Shown piece after piece: positions 22,123-33,037 of a DNA stretch of 248,000 nt (within the stretch, counting starts at the first letter, position 1; each line of letters begins with the position of its first letter). The notes beneath the pieces are model-generated. The model saw only the letters and a list, made by a program, of their open reading frames with translations. It did no database searches and was not told the origin of the DNA. Position numbers and translations under genes: made by a program. Location of the stretch: positions 20,001-268,000 of the forward strand of contig NZ_JMCB01000004.1 in assembly GCF_000737315.1 (NCBI RefSeq). Reading direction: 5' to 3'. Source of the DNA: Hyalangium minutum. GTDB lineage: Bacteria; Myxococcota; Myxococcia; Myxococcales; Myxococcaceae.

Positions 22123-22968
22123 ATGCCCTCGGGGCTGCTAGCCTCCCTCCCCGTGGCTCCATTCGAAAGCGGACGCCGGTTGTGTCTGCTCGTCGAGGCG
22201 GGTGAGACGCGCTATGCCCTGGAGGCTACCTCGGTGATGGAGGTGGCCCTGCCGGGCAGTGATGGCACCAGCCTGCGAGGCATGCTCGAGGTGAAGGATC
22301 TGTCCGTGCTGCTCGGCGGCGCCCCCGAGAAGGGGCAGGGCATGGTGGTGGTGTTGGATGTGAGCCCCACGCTGGCGGTGCGGGTCCGCTCGGTGGTGGA
22401 GGTGGCGGACGTGGCGCACGCGCCGTTCTTCCTGCTGCCCGCGGGGCTGGGCGAGGCGCTCGTCCCGCTGAGCCGGGGCGCCGTCCTCCACAAGGGGCGG
22501 CTCTACCTGGAGCTCATCGCCGAGTCGCTGCCGCAGCGCGGCGTCCCCAAGCCCTCCGCAGGCACCCCCCGGCCCGTGCACCTCATGGAGAGTGCTCCGG
22601 AGCGGGCGCTCGTCTTCGAGTCCCAGGGCCGCCTGTTCGGTCTGCCGCTGAGCTTGGTGTCCCAGGTCGTCACTCAGGGTGAGGCCTTCAGCCGGTTACC
22701 CGTGCAGCGCGGGGCGGTGGCGGGGGTATTCCCCCATGCCCAGGTGCTGTGGCCTATCTTCTCGGTGCCGGCGATGCTGGGGGGGACGGCCGGGGTGGAG
22801 GCCTTCTTCGTGCTCACGGAGATGGCGGGCCAGAACGTGGGGCTGTGTGCCACCCGTGTCCTCGGCGTGCTCCCACGCTTCGAGCCCACCGACGTCCCTG
22901 GCGAGTTCCGTGCACCCGGATTGACCGGACCTGTGCTCTTCCTGGACCTGCAGCACATGTTTTCTTGA
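22123..22968 (+). CDS. Tandem CheW-like domain protein
   Basis: Two CheW-like repeats; position upstream of romR. Confidence 0.65.
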   Translation: MPSGLLASLPVAPFESGRRLCLLVEAGETRYALEATSVMEVALPGSDGTSLRGMLEVKDLSVLLGGAPEKGQGMVVVLDVSPTLAVRVRSVVEVADVAHAPFFLLPAGLGEALVPLSRGAVLHKGRLYLELIAESLPQRGVPKPSAGTPRPVHLMESAPERALVFESQGRLFGLPLSLVSQVVTQGEAFSRLPVQRGAVAGVFPHAQVLWPIFSVPAMLGGTAGVEAFFVLTEMAGQNVGLCATRVLGVLPRFEPTDVPGEFRAPGLTGPVLFLDLQHMFS

Positions 22969-23085
22969 TTGCCCCGGAGGGCAACCCCTAAGCTGCCCCG
23001 CGTGCAGCGAGCGTGGAATGTCTTCGCCTTCGCTCCCGTTTCTTCAATTAATTCTGGGGGTTGATGCCCCCGAGGCCCGACGCCG

Positions 23086-24354
23086 ATGCCGAAGAATCTG
23101 CTGGTCGCCGACGACTCGCTCACCATCCGCAAGGTCATTGGGATGATCTTTGCGACCGAGGACTTCCAGGTGACCGCAGTGGACAACGGGTTGGATGCGA
23201 TTGCCCGTTGCCGCGAGCTGCGCCCGGACGTGGTGCTCGCGGATGTGATGATGCCCGGCAAGAGCGGGTACGAGGTCTGCGAGGCCCTCAAGAGTGACCC
23301 GAACACCCAGCACATCCCCGTGGTGCTGCTGGCGGGTACCTTCGAGGCCTTCGACGAGAACCGCGCCCGTGCCTCCCGCGCGGACGACCACGTCACCAAG
23401 CCCTTCGAGAGCCAGGTGTTGCTCGACAAGGTGAAGGCCCTGGTGGGGCAGAAGTCGAACACCATGCCCGCCTCAGCCGCCACGCAGATCACTGCCCAGA
23501 CGGCGGCTCCTGCGGCTGCTCGTCCGGCCGGTCCTCCTCCTCCCGCCGCTGCCGCGGGGGCTCCGCGTCCTCCGGGGCCTGCGGGCGTGCCGCGTCCTCC
23601 GGGCCCGGGTATGCCGCCGGGTCCGGGTGCGCCTCCGGGCATGACGCGTCCTCCGGGGCCTGGGATGCCTCCTGCGCCGGGTGCGCGTCCTCCGGGGCCT
23701 GGAATGCCGCCGGGGCCTGCCGCGGGCGTGCCGCGTCCTCCGGGGCCGGGCATGCCGCCGGGGCCAGGTGCTCCTCCGGGTGCGCGTCCTCCGGGGCCGG
23801 GTGCGCCTCCGGGCATGGCGCGTCCTCCGGGGCCAGGGGTTCCTCCTGCGCCGGGTGCGCGTCCTCCAGGGCCTGGAATGCCTCCGGGGCCTGCTGCGGG
23901 CGTGCCGCGTCCGCCGGGTCCGGGCATGCCGCCGGGTCCGGGCATGGCGCGTCCTCCGGGGCCTGGGGTTCCTCCTGCGCCGGGTGGCGTTCCTCGTCCG
24001 CCGGGTGGCGCGGGGCTGCCATCTGCTCCTGCAGGTGCACAGCCGCGCAGGCCGGATCCATTCGGTCTTGGAGCTCCCGCGCCTCAGGCCGCGCCGCAGC
24101 CGCAGCCGCAGGTGGAGTCTCTCTCTCTCGATGACGCGCTGCCCGAGCCCCACGGTGCCCCAGTCAACGTGGGAGCGGGCCGTGCTGCGCCTCGGGCCGC
24201 GGATGGCGGTGAGGCCCAGTTGCGCGAGGCGCTCTCGAAGGCCTCCCGCGAGGTCATCGAGAAGATCGCCTGGGAGGTAGTACCCCAGCTCGCCGAGACC
24301 ATCATCCGCGAGGAGCTGGATCGGCTGATCAAGGACCGAGAGACGCAGCACTAG
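23086..24354 (+). CDS. romR: Polarity response regulator RomR
   Basis: Receiver, long Pro-rich linker, C-terminal EKIAWEVVPQLAETIIREE. Confidence 0.9.
   Translation: MPKNLLVADDSLTIRKVIGMIFATEDFQVTAVDNGLDAIARCRELRPDVVLADVMMPGKSGYEVCEALKSDPNTQHIPVVLLAGTFEAFDENRARASRADDHVTKPFESQVLLDKVKALVGQKSNTMPASAATQITAQTAAPAAARPAGPPPPAAAAGAPRPPGPAGVPRPPGPGMPPGPGAPPGMTRPPGPGMPPAPGARPPGPGMPPGPAAGVPRPPGPGMPPGPGAPPGARPPGPGAPPGMARPPGPGVPPAPGARPPGPGMPPGPAAGVPRPPGPGMPPGPGMARPPGPGVPPAPGGVPRPPGGAGLPSAPAGAQPRRPDPFGLGAPAPQAAPQPQPQVESLSLDDALPEPHGAPVNVGAGRAAPRAADGGEAQLREALSKASREVIEKIAWEVVPQLAETIIREELDRLIKDRETQH
23560..24010 (+). repeat. Coding Pro/Gly tandem repeats (RPPGPG) in RomR linker
   Basis: Repeated cgtcctccggggcc units. 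Confidence 0.8.
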
Positions 24355-24404
24355 TTGCCGTAATCCGACCCTGATTGCCTGCCGGCCCACTGGGCCGGCC
24401 TCTT

Positions 24405-27400
24405 ATGACTGACACCATTGAACTGTCCAAGGCCTACGAGCCCACCGAGGTGGAGGCCCGCTGGTCGAAGTTCTGGCTGGAGCGGAAGTACTTCCACGCC
24501 GAGTCCACATCCGACAAGCCGCCGTTCTCCATCGTGCTGCCGCCGCCCAACGTGACGGGCAGCCTGCACCTGGGACACGCGCTCACGGCCACCATCGAAG
24601 ACACGCTCATCCGCTGGAAGCGCATGAGCGGCTACAACGCGCTCTGGATGCCGGGCACGGATCACGCCGGCATCGCCACGCAGATGGTGGTGGAGAAGGA
24701 GCTGAAGAAGACGGAGAAGAAGAGCCGTCACGATCTGGGCCGCCCGGAGTTCCTCAAGCGCGTCTGGCAGTGGAAGGACAAGTTCGGCAAGCGCATTGGC
24801 GAGCAGCACCAGTTCCTCGGCGCCTCGCTGGACTGGGAGCGCGAGCGCTTCACCATGGACGAGAAGTCCTCGGCCGCGGTGCGCGAAGTTTTTGTCCGGC
24901 TGCACGAAGAGGGGCTCATCTACCGGGCCCAGAAGCTCATCAACTGGTGTCCCTCGTGCCATACGGCGCTGAGCGACCTCGAAGTGGATCACGACGAGGG
25001 GAAGAAGGGCTCGCTGTGGCACATCCGCTACCCGGTGAAGGGGACGGATCGGGCGCTCACGGTGGCCACCACCCGCCCGGAGACGATGCTGGGCGACACC
25101 GCGGTGGCCATCCACCCGGATGACGAGCGCTACAAGGGGCTGGCGGGCGGCACGGTGGTGCTCCCGCTGATCAACCGTGAGATCCCCATCATCGCGGACG
25201 CCGAGCTGGTCAGCATGGAGTTCGGCACGGGCGTGGTGAAGGTGACGCCGGCGCACGACTTCAACGACTACCAGACGGGGCTCCGGCACAACCTGCCGAT
25301 GATCTCCATCTTCGATGACAACGCGCGCACCAACAAGGAAGCGGGGCCCTACGCGGGGATGGACCGCTACGAGGCGCGCAAGAAGGTCCTCGAGGACCTG
25401 ACGCTGCAGGGACTGCTGGAGAAGGAAGAGCCGCACACGCTCTCCGTGGGCCAGTGCCAGCGGTGCCAAACGGTGGTGGAGCCGCGGCTGTCCATGCAGT
25501 GGTGGGTGAAGATCGAGCCGCTGGCCAAGCCCGCCATTGAGGCGGTGGCGCAGGGCCGCACCAAGTTCGTCCCCGAGTCATGGACGAACACCTACTTCCA
25601 GTGGATGGAGAACATCCACGACTGGTGCATCAGCCGCCAGCTGTGGTGGGGCCACCAGATCCCCGCCTACTACTGCACGGCGTGCAGCCCGCGCGTGGGC
25701 GATGACACGGATCTGCCCGAGGGTGCGCCCACGGTGCGCGTGGGCGGCGTGGACTTCAACCGCGCCGAGCCGATTGTCTCGCGCCAGCAGCCCTCGCACT
25801 GCCCCAAGTGCAACGGCACGAACTTCACCCAGGATCCGGACGTGCTGGACACCTGGTTCAGCTCCGCGCTGTGGCCGTTCTCCACGCTGGGCTGGCCGGA
25901 GCAGACGCCCGAGCTGAAGACCTTCTACCCGACGTCCGTCATGGAGACGGGCCACGACATCATCTTCTTCTGGGTCGCCCGGATGATGATGATGGGCCTG
26001 CACTTCATGGGGGATGTGCCCTTCCGCACCGTGTACCTGCACGCGATGGTGCGCGACGAGAAGGGCGAGAAGATGTCGAAGACGAAGGGGAACGTCATTG
26101 ATCCCCTCGACATCATCCTCGGGTCTCAGGCGGAGAACCTCAACCCCACGCTGCGCAACAAGTTCCCCCAGGGCATGCCGGCGTTCGGCGCGGACGCGCT
26201 GCGCTTCACTCTCGCCTCGCTCACGCAGCAGGGGCGCGACATCAAGCTCTCCATGGATCGCGTGGCGGGCTACAAGGCGTTCTGCAACAAGCTGTGGAAC
26301 GCCAGCCGCTTCGTGCTGATGAACCTGGGCGGCTTCCGGCTCGACACGCGCCCCATCAAGGAGCGCCAGCTGACGCTGGCGGACCGGTGGATCCTCGCGC
26401 GGCTGCAGCGCGCCATCGTGGACACGCGCCTGGCGCTGGAGACGTACGCGTTCTCGGACGCGGCCTCCACGCTCTACCAGTTCCTCTGGTCCGAGTTCTG
26501 TGACTGGTACATCGAGTTGTCCAAGGGCTCGCTCTACGGCGACGACGAGAAGTCCAAGGACAGCACCCGCGCGGTGCTGGTGTTCTGCCTGGAGCGCATG
26601 CTTCGGCTGCTGCACCCGTTCATGCCGTTCATCACCGAGGAGATCTGGCAGAAGCTGCCGATCCCGCGGTCGGTGGACTCGATCATGATCTCGCCGTACC
26701 CGGAGCCGGACTCGCGGCTGGCGGACTTCGCGGCGGAGACGGAGATGGCGCCCGTGGTGGCGGCCATCGAGGGCATCCGCACCATTCGCGGCGAGAGTAA
26801 CTTGCCACCCTCGGCCAAGCTGGTGGCGCACGTGCAGAGCGCTGATGCGGCGCTGAGGGCCACGCTGGAGCGGTGCAGCAACTACCTGCTGCCGCTGGCG
26901 GGCCTGTCCGAGGTCCGCATCGAGGCTCCGGGCCGCAAGCCGGTGCAGGCCGCGGCGTACGTGGGCTCGGGGCTGGAGATCTACGTGCCGCTGGCCGGGC
27001 TCATCGACGTGGATGCGGAGCGAGACCGTTTGGGTAAGGAGCTGGCGCGGGCGGATCAGGAACTGGCGAGCGTGCTGCGCAAGCTAGAGAACCCGAACTT
27101 CGTCGCCAAGGCTCCGCCAGATGTCGTGGAGAAGGATCGGGCCCGCGTGGAAGAGCTGAAGGCCCGCAAGACAAAGCTGCAGGAGAACCTCGATCGGCTG
27201 GCCCCGGAGGCACCTATGTCCGAAGAGACCCCGCCTGAAGCAGCGGAGGAGAAGCTCCCTGATGCGCAGACGTCCCAGGTGAAGGTGGCGCCGCCAAGCG
27301 CCCCCACGGCGGATGCCGTGGACCTGAGCAAGGAGCTGAAGGGAGAGCTCGAGGCCAGCGGGGAGGTCGTGAACCCGCAGATCACCGACGCGCTGAACAA

Positions 27401-27863
27401 GCTCCGCGAGAGCACCAAGGAAGGCCTGTCCGCCAAGGACCACGAGGACCTGGGCGTGGCGTACATGAGCATGGGGCTCGTGGACGACGCCCAGCGTGAG
27501 TTCGACAAGGCCAAGCAGGGCGGGGAGGGCAGTGCTCAGCCCGCTTCAGCGCCTGCGAAGAAGGCCCCGGCCAAGAAGGCTCCGGCCAAGAAGGCTCCGG
27601 CCAAGAAGGCTCCGGCCAAGAAGGCTCCGGCCAAGAAGGCTCCGGCCAAGAAGGCTTCGGCGAAGAAGGCCGCTGCGGCGAAGAAGGCTCCTGCCAAGAA
27701 GGTCGCGGCGAAGAAGGCTCCGGCCAAGAAGGCGGCTGCCAAGAAGGCTGGGACGCGGAAGGCTCCGGCGAAGAAGGTCGCGGCGAAGAAGGCGCCTGCC
27801 AAGAAGGCTGCGGCGAAGAAGGCACCCGCGAAGAAGTCCACGGCCAAGAAGGCCCGGCGGTAA
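24405..27863 (+). CDS. valS: Valine-tRNA ligase with long C-terminal extension
   Basis: HLGH and KMSKT motifs, coiled-coil tail, then extra acidic/TPR-like segment and PAKK repeats. Confidence 0.97.
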   Translation: MTDTIELSKAYEPTEVEARWSKFWLERKYFHAESTSDKPPFSIVLPPPNVTGSLHLGHALTATIEDTLIRWKRMSGYNALWMPGTDHAGIATQMVVEKELKKTEKKSRHDLGRPEFLKRVWQWKDKFGKRIGEQHQFLGASLDWERERFTMDEKSSAAVREVFVRLHEEGLIYRAQKLINWCPSCHTALSDLEVDHDEGKKGSLWHIRYPVKGTDRALTVATTRPETMLGDTAVAIHPDDERYKGLAGGTVVLPLINREIPIIADAELVSMEFGTGVVKVTPAHDFNDYQTGLRHNLPMISIFDDNARTNKEAGPYAGMDRYEARKKVLEDLTLQGLLEKEEPHTLSVGQCQRCQTVVEPRLSMQWWVKIEPLAKPAIEAVAQGRTKFVPESWTNTYFQWMENIHDWCISRQLWWGHQIPAYYCTACSPRVGDDTDLPEGAPTVRVGGVDFNRAEPIVSRQQPSHCPKCNGTNFTQDPDVLDTWFSSALWPFSTLGWPEQTPELKTFYPTSVMETGHDIIFFWVARMMMMGLHFMGDVPFRTVYLHAMVRDEKGEKMSKTKGNVIDPLDIILGSQAENLNPTLRNKFPQGMPAFGADALRFTLASLTQQGRDIKLSMDRVAGYKAFCNKLWNASRFVLMNLGGFRLDTRPIKERQLTLADRWILARLQRAIVDTRLALETYAFSDAASTLYQFLWSEFCDWYIELSKGSLYGDDEKSKDSTRAVLVFCLERMLRLLHPFMPFITEEIWQKLPIPRSVDSIMISPYPEPDSRLADFAAETEMAPVVAAIEGIRTIRGESNLPPSAKLVAHVQSADAALRATLERCSNYLLPLAGLSEVRIEAPGRKPVQAAAYVGSGLEIYVPLAGLIDVDAERDRLGKELARADQELASVLRKLENPNFVAKAPPDVVEKDRARVEELKARKTKLQENLDRLAPEAPMSEETPPEAAEEKLPDAQTSQVKVAPPSAPTADAVDLSKELKGELEASGEVVNPQITDALNKLRESTKEGLSAKDHEDLGVAYMSMGLVDDAQREFDKAKQGGEGSAQPASAPAKKAPAKKAPAKKAPAKKAPAKKAPAKKAPAKKASAKKAAAAKKAPAKKVAAKKAPAKKAAAKKAGTRKAPAKKVAAKKAPAKKAAAKKAPAKKSTAKKARR
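27541..27860 (+). repeat. Coding PAKKA tandem repeats (histone H1-like tail)
   Basis: 15-bp unit ccggccaagaaggct repeated. Confidence 0.85.
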
Positions 27864-27874
27864 GGAGACCGATC

Positions 27875-28750
27875 TTGAAGGACTACCTCGACCGCCTCAT
27901 CGAGCTGGCCTTGGACGAGGACCTTGGGGCGGCGGGGGATGTGACCTCCAACGCCCTGGTTCCTCCGGACGCGATGGGCAGTGGCGAGCTGCTGGCGAAG
28001 GAGCAGCTCGTGCTCGCTGGGCTGGATGCGTTTGCCCGCGTGTTCTACTACGTGGACCCGGAGGTGAAGGTCGAGTTCCTCCGGCGGGACGGCGACGAGA
28101 TCAAGCCCAAGGTCGTGGCGGCGAAGGTCTCCGGTCGGCTGCGCTCGCTGCTGGCCGCCGAACGCACGGCGCTCAACATTGTCCAGCGCATGTCGGGCAT
28201 CGCCACGCTGGCGCAGCAGGCGATGACCGCAGTGCGGGGCTCGAAGCTCAAGGTGCTGGACACGCGCAAGACGCCGCCGGGGATGCGCGCCCTCTCGAAG
28301 GAGGCGGTCCGGCTGGGGGGGGCGACGAACCACCGCTTCGGTCTCTTCGATGGGGTGCTCATCAAGGACAACCACATCGCGGCGGTGGGGGGCTCCATCA
28401 AGGAGGCCCTGCGCCGGGCCCGGGCTTATGCGCCTCGGTTGGTGAAGATCGAGATCGAGGTCACCAACCTCAAGCAGTTGGCCGAGGCCATCGAAGAGGG
28501 CGCGGACGTGGTGATGCTCGACAACATGGATGACGAGCAGATCCGCAAGGCCGTGGAGCTCACGGCAGGGCGGGTGCCTCTGGAGGTCTCTGGAGGCGTC
28601 GCGCTGGATCGGCTGCCGAGGCTGGCCAAGCTGGGCGTGGACTTCGTGTCCATGGGCTCGTTAACGCACTCGGCACGGGCCATGGACTTGTCGCTGGAGA
28701 TCGCCACGACCAAGGGGGCAGCCCGCTCCCGCTCGCGCCGGAAGCACTGA
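27875..28750 (+). CDS. nadC: Nicotinate-nucleotide diphosphorylase
   Basis: [22 protein letters not shown]. Confidence 0.95.
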   Translation: MKDYLDRLIELALDEDLGAAGDVTSNALVPPDAMGSGELLAKEQLVLAGLDAFARVFYYVDPEVKVEFLRRDGDEIKPKVVAAKVSGRLRSLLAAERTALNIVQRMSGIATLAQQAMTAVRGSKLKVLDTRKTPPGMRALSKEAVRLGGATNHRFGLFDGVLIKDNHIAAVGGSIKEALRRARAYAPRLVKIEIEVTNLKQLAEAIEEGADVVMLDNMDDEQIRKAVELTAGRVPLEVSGGVALDRLPRLAKLGVDFVSMGSLTHSARAMDLSLEIATTKGAARSRSRRKH

Positions 28751-28771
28751 CCACGAAAGGGAAGGGGAGTC

Positions 28772-30459
28772 TCAGTTGCTGGGGCCAGCCGGCCGGCCGT
28801 TCGTGAAGAACTCGGTCCGGGGATGGCCCTCGGCGGAGGCGGGCGCGCCCAACTCCAGCATCGCCGCCAGCGTGGGGGCCACGTCCGTTGCGTTGATCTC
28901 CTGCAGGTACGTCCCCGGCTTCACGCCCTTGCCCGCGAACACCACCGGCACCTGCTGATCGTAGTTGTACGGCGTGCCGTGGTTCGTACCGACCAGCACG
29001 TTGCTGATGACCTGGAACGCCTGCGGCACGATCAAGACGTCTCCGCTGCGTCCAGCGTAATAGCCTCGCCGCACCGGCGCGATCAGCCCCGCCACATCCG
29101 GCGCCGTGTAGAGATCATCCCGCGCCACCGCCGCCGCGATGCCCGGCTGCTTCGACAGCCACTCCGCCGCCGCCCTCCGCACCGCCGCTCCGTCTGCCTT
29201 CCCGTCCTCGAGCGCCTTGCCTAACAAGTACACGTCCGACTCTTCCTGGGTGACCGTCACCTCCACCTGCGGAAACCGCGCCTTGAGTGCCTGCGCGAGC
29301 CCTTGCGACAGCTCCTTCGTGTTCATCCGCCGCGCCGGCAGCCCCTCCGAGGCCCAGTGCTCTGGCACCGCCGCCCCTCCGTGGTCCGCCGTCAGCACGA
29401 TGACCAGGTTCGCCCGGCCCCCCGCAGCCTTCTCCGCCGCCGTCACCAGCTCCGCCACTGCGCGGTCCAGCCGGTACAGCGTGTCCTGCATCTCCCATGG
29501 TACGGCCCGTATGCATGGAACACGCGGTCCGTCCCGCTGAAGCTCACCGCCAGCAGGTCCGGCACCTCGTCCTTGCCCAGCCCCTCGCCCTCCAGGGCCG
29601 CCTTCGCTGCCTGCACCAGCAAGTCATTCGAGTACGCCGAGCTCGCCAGCGCCGCATACGACCGCGGCCCCGCCATCTGGCCCCCTCCATTCAGCGGGTG
29701 TGGGAAGCTGCGCCCCAGCCCCGATTCGTCCGTCTCGTAGGGGCGCTCGTCCTCCCCCAGGTACTCCGTCTTCGGCAGCAGCAGCGTCCACTGCTGCGAG
29801 AAGTACCCGTCCGCCAGCTCCTTCGCGTTGAACGCCTGCAGCCACGCCGGGAACTCCTTCGTGTACCAGGTCCCCGTTACGAATTTCCCCACCGTCTCAT
29901 CGAACCAGTAGGCCTGCCCCAGCCGCCCCGCCAGTGGGATCGCCGCCCGGCCCTTGCCCGACAGCGCCACCGCCTTCCCTCGCCCCCGTGAGCTCATTCG
30001 CAGCCGGTCCGCCAGTGTCTCCGCCATCAGGTTCAGCGGGCTCGTGTCGCCCCTCGTGGCGAAGGTCAGGGGCACCTCCAGCACCGGGTGCGCCTCGTCC
30101 TGGAACACGCTCAGCGGCTGCCCCGTGGTGCGATCCACCACCCGGTTGTCGACAATCCCGTGCCGCCACGGGTTCGCCCCCGTGGACAGCGTCGTGTGCC
30201 CCGCCGCCGTCCGAGGCTTGGCGTAGTCGTACCGGCCGTACGGGTAGAACGCCCCACCGTCGAGCAGTTGACGCAGCCCGCTCTTGAACTTTGGCCGTGT
30301 GCGCAACAGCAGGTCCGTGCCGAGTGCATCCACCGAGATGAAGAGGGCCAGCCTCGGAGGCTTCGCGAACACCGGGAAGCTGAGGAGAACCACGGCCAGG
30401 GCGAGAGGGCGCACCATAGGGGGGCTCATCTTCGCCGCCAGATGGTCAGAAGCAACCAA
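28772..30459 (-). pseudogene. Alkaline phosphatase (PafA-like) family gene split by a 1-bp frameshift near 29500
   Basis: ORFs 29443-30459 and 28772-29491 join as GPY-SWE-MQDT if one base is restored; TAAGH, TADHG, HGTPY motifs. Confidence 0.75.
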
Positions 30460-30515
30460 CTCGCCATGGCTTCGGCTTGGAGGGGCCCGATCCCCCTGTT
30501 ACCGTCGGCGCACGC

Positions 30516-30917
30516 ATGGTGGAAGCGCGGATCCGAGTCATCTACGGCGATACCGACCAGATGGGGGTCGTTTATCACGCCAACTACTTCCGCTACTTCG
30601 AGTTCTCCCGCATGGAGTTCTTCCGCGCTCGCGGCGGCAGCTACCAGGAGATGGAGCGCGAGGGCTACATGCTCCCCGTCGCCGAGGTCTCCTGCCAGTA
30701 CAAGGCCCCCGCACGCTACGACGATCTGCTCGTCATCCGTCCTCGTGTGACGGAGGTCCGCCGCGCCTCGCTCACTTTCCAGTACGAGATCTTTCGCGAC
30801 GGGAACCCCTCGACGTTGCTGTGCACCGGGCACACTCTCCATGCCTGCATCGGGCGCGACGGCAAGCCCCGGCGCTTCCCGGACACGTTCCTGCGTCTGC
30901 TCGAGCAGTCCCCCTGA
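30516..30917 (+). CDS. Acyl-CoA thioesterase (YbgC/FadM family)
   Basis: YGDTDQMGVVYHANY. Confidence 0.9.
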   Translation: MVEARIRVIYGDTDQMGVVYHANYFRYFEFSRMEFFRARGGSYQEMEREGYMLPVAEVSCQYKAPARYDDLLVIRPRVTEVRRASLTFQYEIFRDGNPSTLLCTGHTLHACIGRDGKPRRFPDTFLRLLEQSP

Positions 30918-30947
30918 AAGTTCCACCTTCTCTCAAGGAGTCCCCAC

Positions 30948-31916
30948 ATGGATCGCAACCTGGCAATGGAGGCCGTGCGCGTCACCGAGATGGCGGCCAT
31001 CGCCTCCGCCCGTCTCATGGGCCGCGGCAGCAAGAACGAGTCGGATCAGGCCGCCGTGGACGCCATGCGCCGCGCCTTCGACGCCCTCTTCATCGACGGC
31101 ACCGTCGTCATCGGCGAGGGCGAGCGCGATGAGGCCCCCATGCTCTACATCGGCGAGCGCGTCGGCCGGCGCACCGAGGGCGTCCCCGAGGTGGACATCG
31201 CCCTGGACCCGCTGGAGGGCACCAACCTCGCCGCCTATGGCCGCCCCGGCGCCATCTCCGTGGTCGCCATGGCCAGCAAGGGCAACCTCCTCAACGCCCC
31301 GGATACCTATATGGAGAAGATCGCGGTGGGCCCGCGCGCCAAGGGTGCCATCGATCTGCGCCGCACCCCCACCGAGAACCTCCGTGCCGTCGCGGAGCGG
31401 CAGAAGGTCTATGTGGAGGATCTCACCGTGGTCATCCTCGACCGCGAGCGGCACGTGGACCTCATCAAGGAGGTCCGCGCCGCGGGCGCCCGCATCCGCC
31501 TCATCGAGGACGGCGACGTGGCCGGCGCCATCTCCACCTGCTTCGAGGAGACCGGTGTGGACGTGCTGATGGGCATCGGCGGCGCCCCCGAAGGCGTCAT
31601 CGCCGCGGCGGCGGTGCGCTGCGTGGGCGGCGACATGCAGGGCCGCCTCGTGCCGCGCAACCAGGGCGAGATTGACCGCGCCAAGAAGATGGGCATCACC
31701 GACATCACCAAGATCTACGCCGCCGATGAGCTGGCCAGGGGCGAGGTGATGTTTGCCGCCACCGGCGTCACCTCGGGCGACTTCCTCAAGGGCGTGCGCT
31801 TCTTCGGCGGCGGCTGTGAGACGCACTCCGTCGTCATGCGCAGCAAGACGGGCACCGTTCGTTTCGTGCAATCCGTCCACAAGTTCGACAAGAAGCCGGG
31901 GTACTCTGCGTTCTAG
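30948..31916 (+). CDS. glpX: Class II fructose-1,6-bisphosphatase
   Basis: IGEGERDEAPML, DPLEGT, GIGGAPEG. Confidence 0.95.
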   Translation: MDRNLAMEAVRVTEMAAIASARLMGRGSKNESDQAAVDAMRRAFDALFIDGTVVIGEGERDEAPMLYIGERVGRRTEGVPEVDIALDPLEGTNLAAYGRPGAISVVAMASKGNLLNAPDTYMEKIAVGPRAKGAIDLRRTPTENLRAVAERQKVYVEDLTVVILDRERHVDLIKEVRAAGARIRLIEDGDVAGAISTCFEETGVDVLMGIGGAPEGVIAAAAVRCVGGDMQGRLVPRNQGEIDRAKKMGITDITKIYAADELARGEVMFAATGVTSGDFLKGVRFFGGGCETHSVVMRSKTGTVRFVQSVHKFDKKPGYSAF

Positions 31917-31952
31917 CTGCAGGCTTCCCCCTCACCCCGTCCGGAGAGTTCC

Positions 31953-32378
31953 ATGGCAGGCGCTACCCGCTCGATCATCATCAACGCCCCCATCGAGAAG
32001 GTGTTCGACGTCATCACCCAATACGAGAAGTACGGCGAGTTCCTCTCCGAGGTGAAGGAAGTGAAGACCTCGGGGCGCCAGGGCAATGAGGTCAACGTCC
32101 ACTACAAGGTCGATGTGGTGAAGACCATCAAGTACACCATCCGCGTCAAGGAGGAGCGCCCCACTCGCATGTCCTGGACCTTCGTGGACGGCGAGTTCAT
32201 GAAGGACAACAAGGGCAGCTGGGTGCTCGAGCCCGCGGGCGAAGGGAAGACCAAGGGCACCTACACCGTGGAGATGGCGCTCGGTGCCCTGGTCCCCAAG
32301 GCCGTCGTCAACGCCCTGGTCGACACCTCCCTCCCCAAGATGCTGGAGGCCTTCAAGCGCAGGGCGGAGACCCCCTGA
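31953..32378 (+). CDS. SRPBCC/START (CoQ-binding-like) protein
   Basis: INAPIEKVFDVI...Y.EF pattern. Confidence 0.8.
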   Translation: MAGATRSIIINAPIEKVFDVITQYEKYGEFLSEVKEVKTSGRQGNEVNVHYKVDVVKTIKYTIRVKEERPTRMSWTFVDGEFMKDNKGSWVLEPAGEGKTKGTYTVEMALGALVPKAVVNALVDTSLPKMLEAFKRRAETP

Positions 32379-32747
32379 GCGCCTCCTCGGCCCTTCCTGT
32401 GCCCTGGATGTCATACCTGTACCCACCCTGGGCAAGAGGGCAGGCGAGCCTCGTCCAGGGGTTGCCACGTTGAATGGTCGAGGCTTCACCGCTGGTTGGA
32501 CGGCTTGCGGGTTGCCACGACTGCATTAGAATCAACGTACCCAGTGGCAGAAGGTCGAGCGCCAACCATGACATCCCTGACACAGGGGTGTGGCTTCGAT
32601 GTCGGTGCGGTGGACAGGCAACCGGGCCCGGTAGCAAGGTTGTACCCCCGCAGTGTTGGGGGACCTACCTTTGCATGCGAGAGCACCGGAGCCGGGGCGA
32701 GGTGGCGGGCGTACACCGGGGTATGTAGGCTGAGGGAGAGCAAACCC

Positions 32748-32921
32748 ATGCTGGACGCCTTCATCATCGAAGAGATCAAGCGCCGGGAGCGCAGCCGCGA
32801 GGAGCGCGAGCGCCCTGCCGTGGAGTTGCCGCTACCGGCTCCTCCGGATCGTCCGCGCCGTCGCACGGAGACGGACGACGAGGAGAAGCCGCCTCGCGGT
32901 GTCGTCGTCATTGACCTCTGA
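32748..32921 (+). CDS. Small hypothetical protein
   Basis: RBS gagggag before ATG; MLDAFIIEEIKRRE...RGVVVIDL. Confidence 0.65.
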   Translation: MLDAFIIEEIKRRERSREERERPAVELPLPAPPDRPRRRTETDDEEKPPRGVVVIDL

Positions 32922-33037
32922 AGCCGGCTCCTTCGGCTTCAGCGTGGCTCTGAGCCCGCGGCAGGTGTCCCCTCGGGGACTGCCTCCCGCGGGCTTCGTG
33001 CGTTCAGGGGCTGCGCTGGCTTCTCAGTCCTGGCCGC

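Noticed and set aside
32379-32747. Possible structured ncRNA (6S/SRP/riboswitch) in the 370-bp intergenic gap
   Set aside because: Some hairpins are present but no diagnostic motif could be recognised; needs an Rfam/Infernal search.
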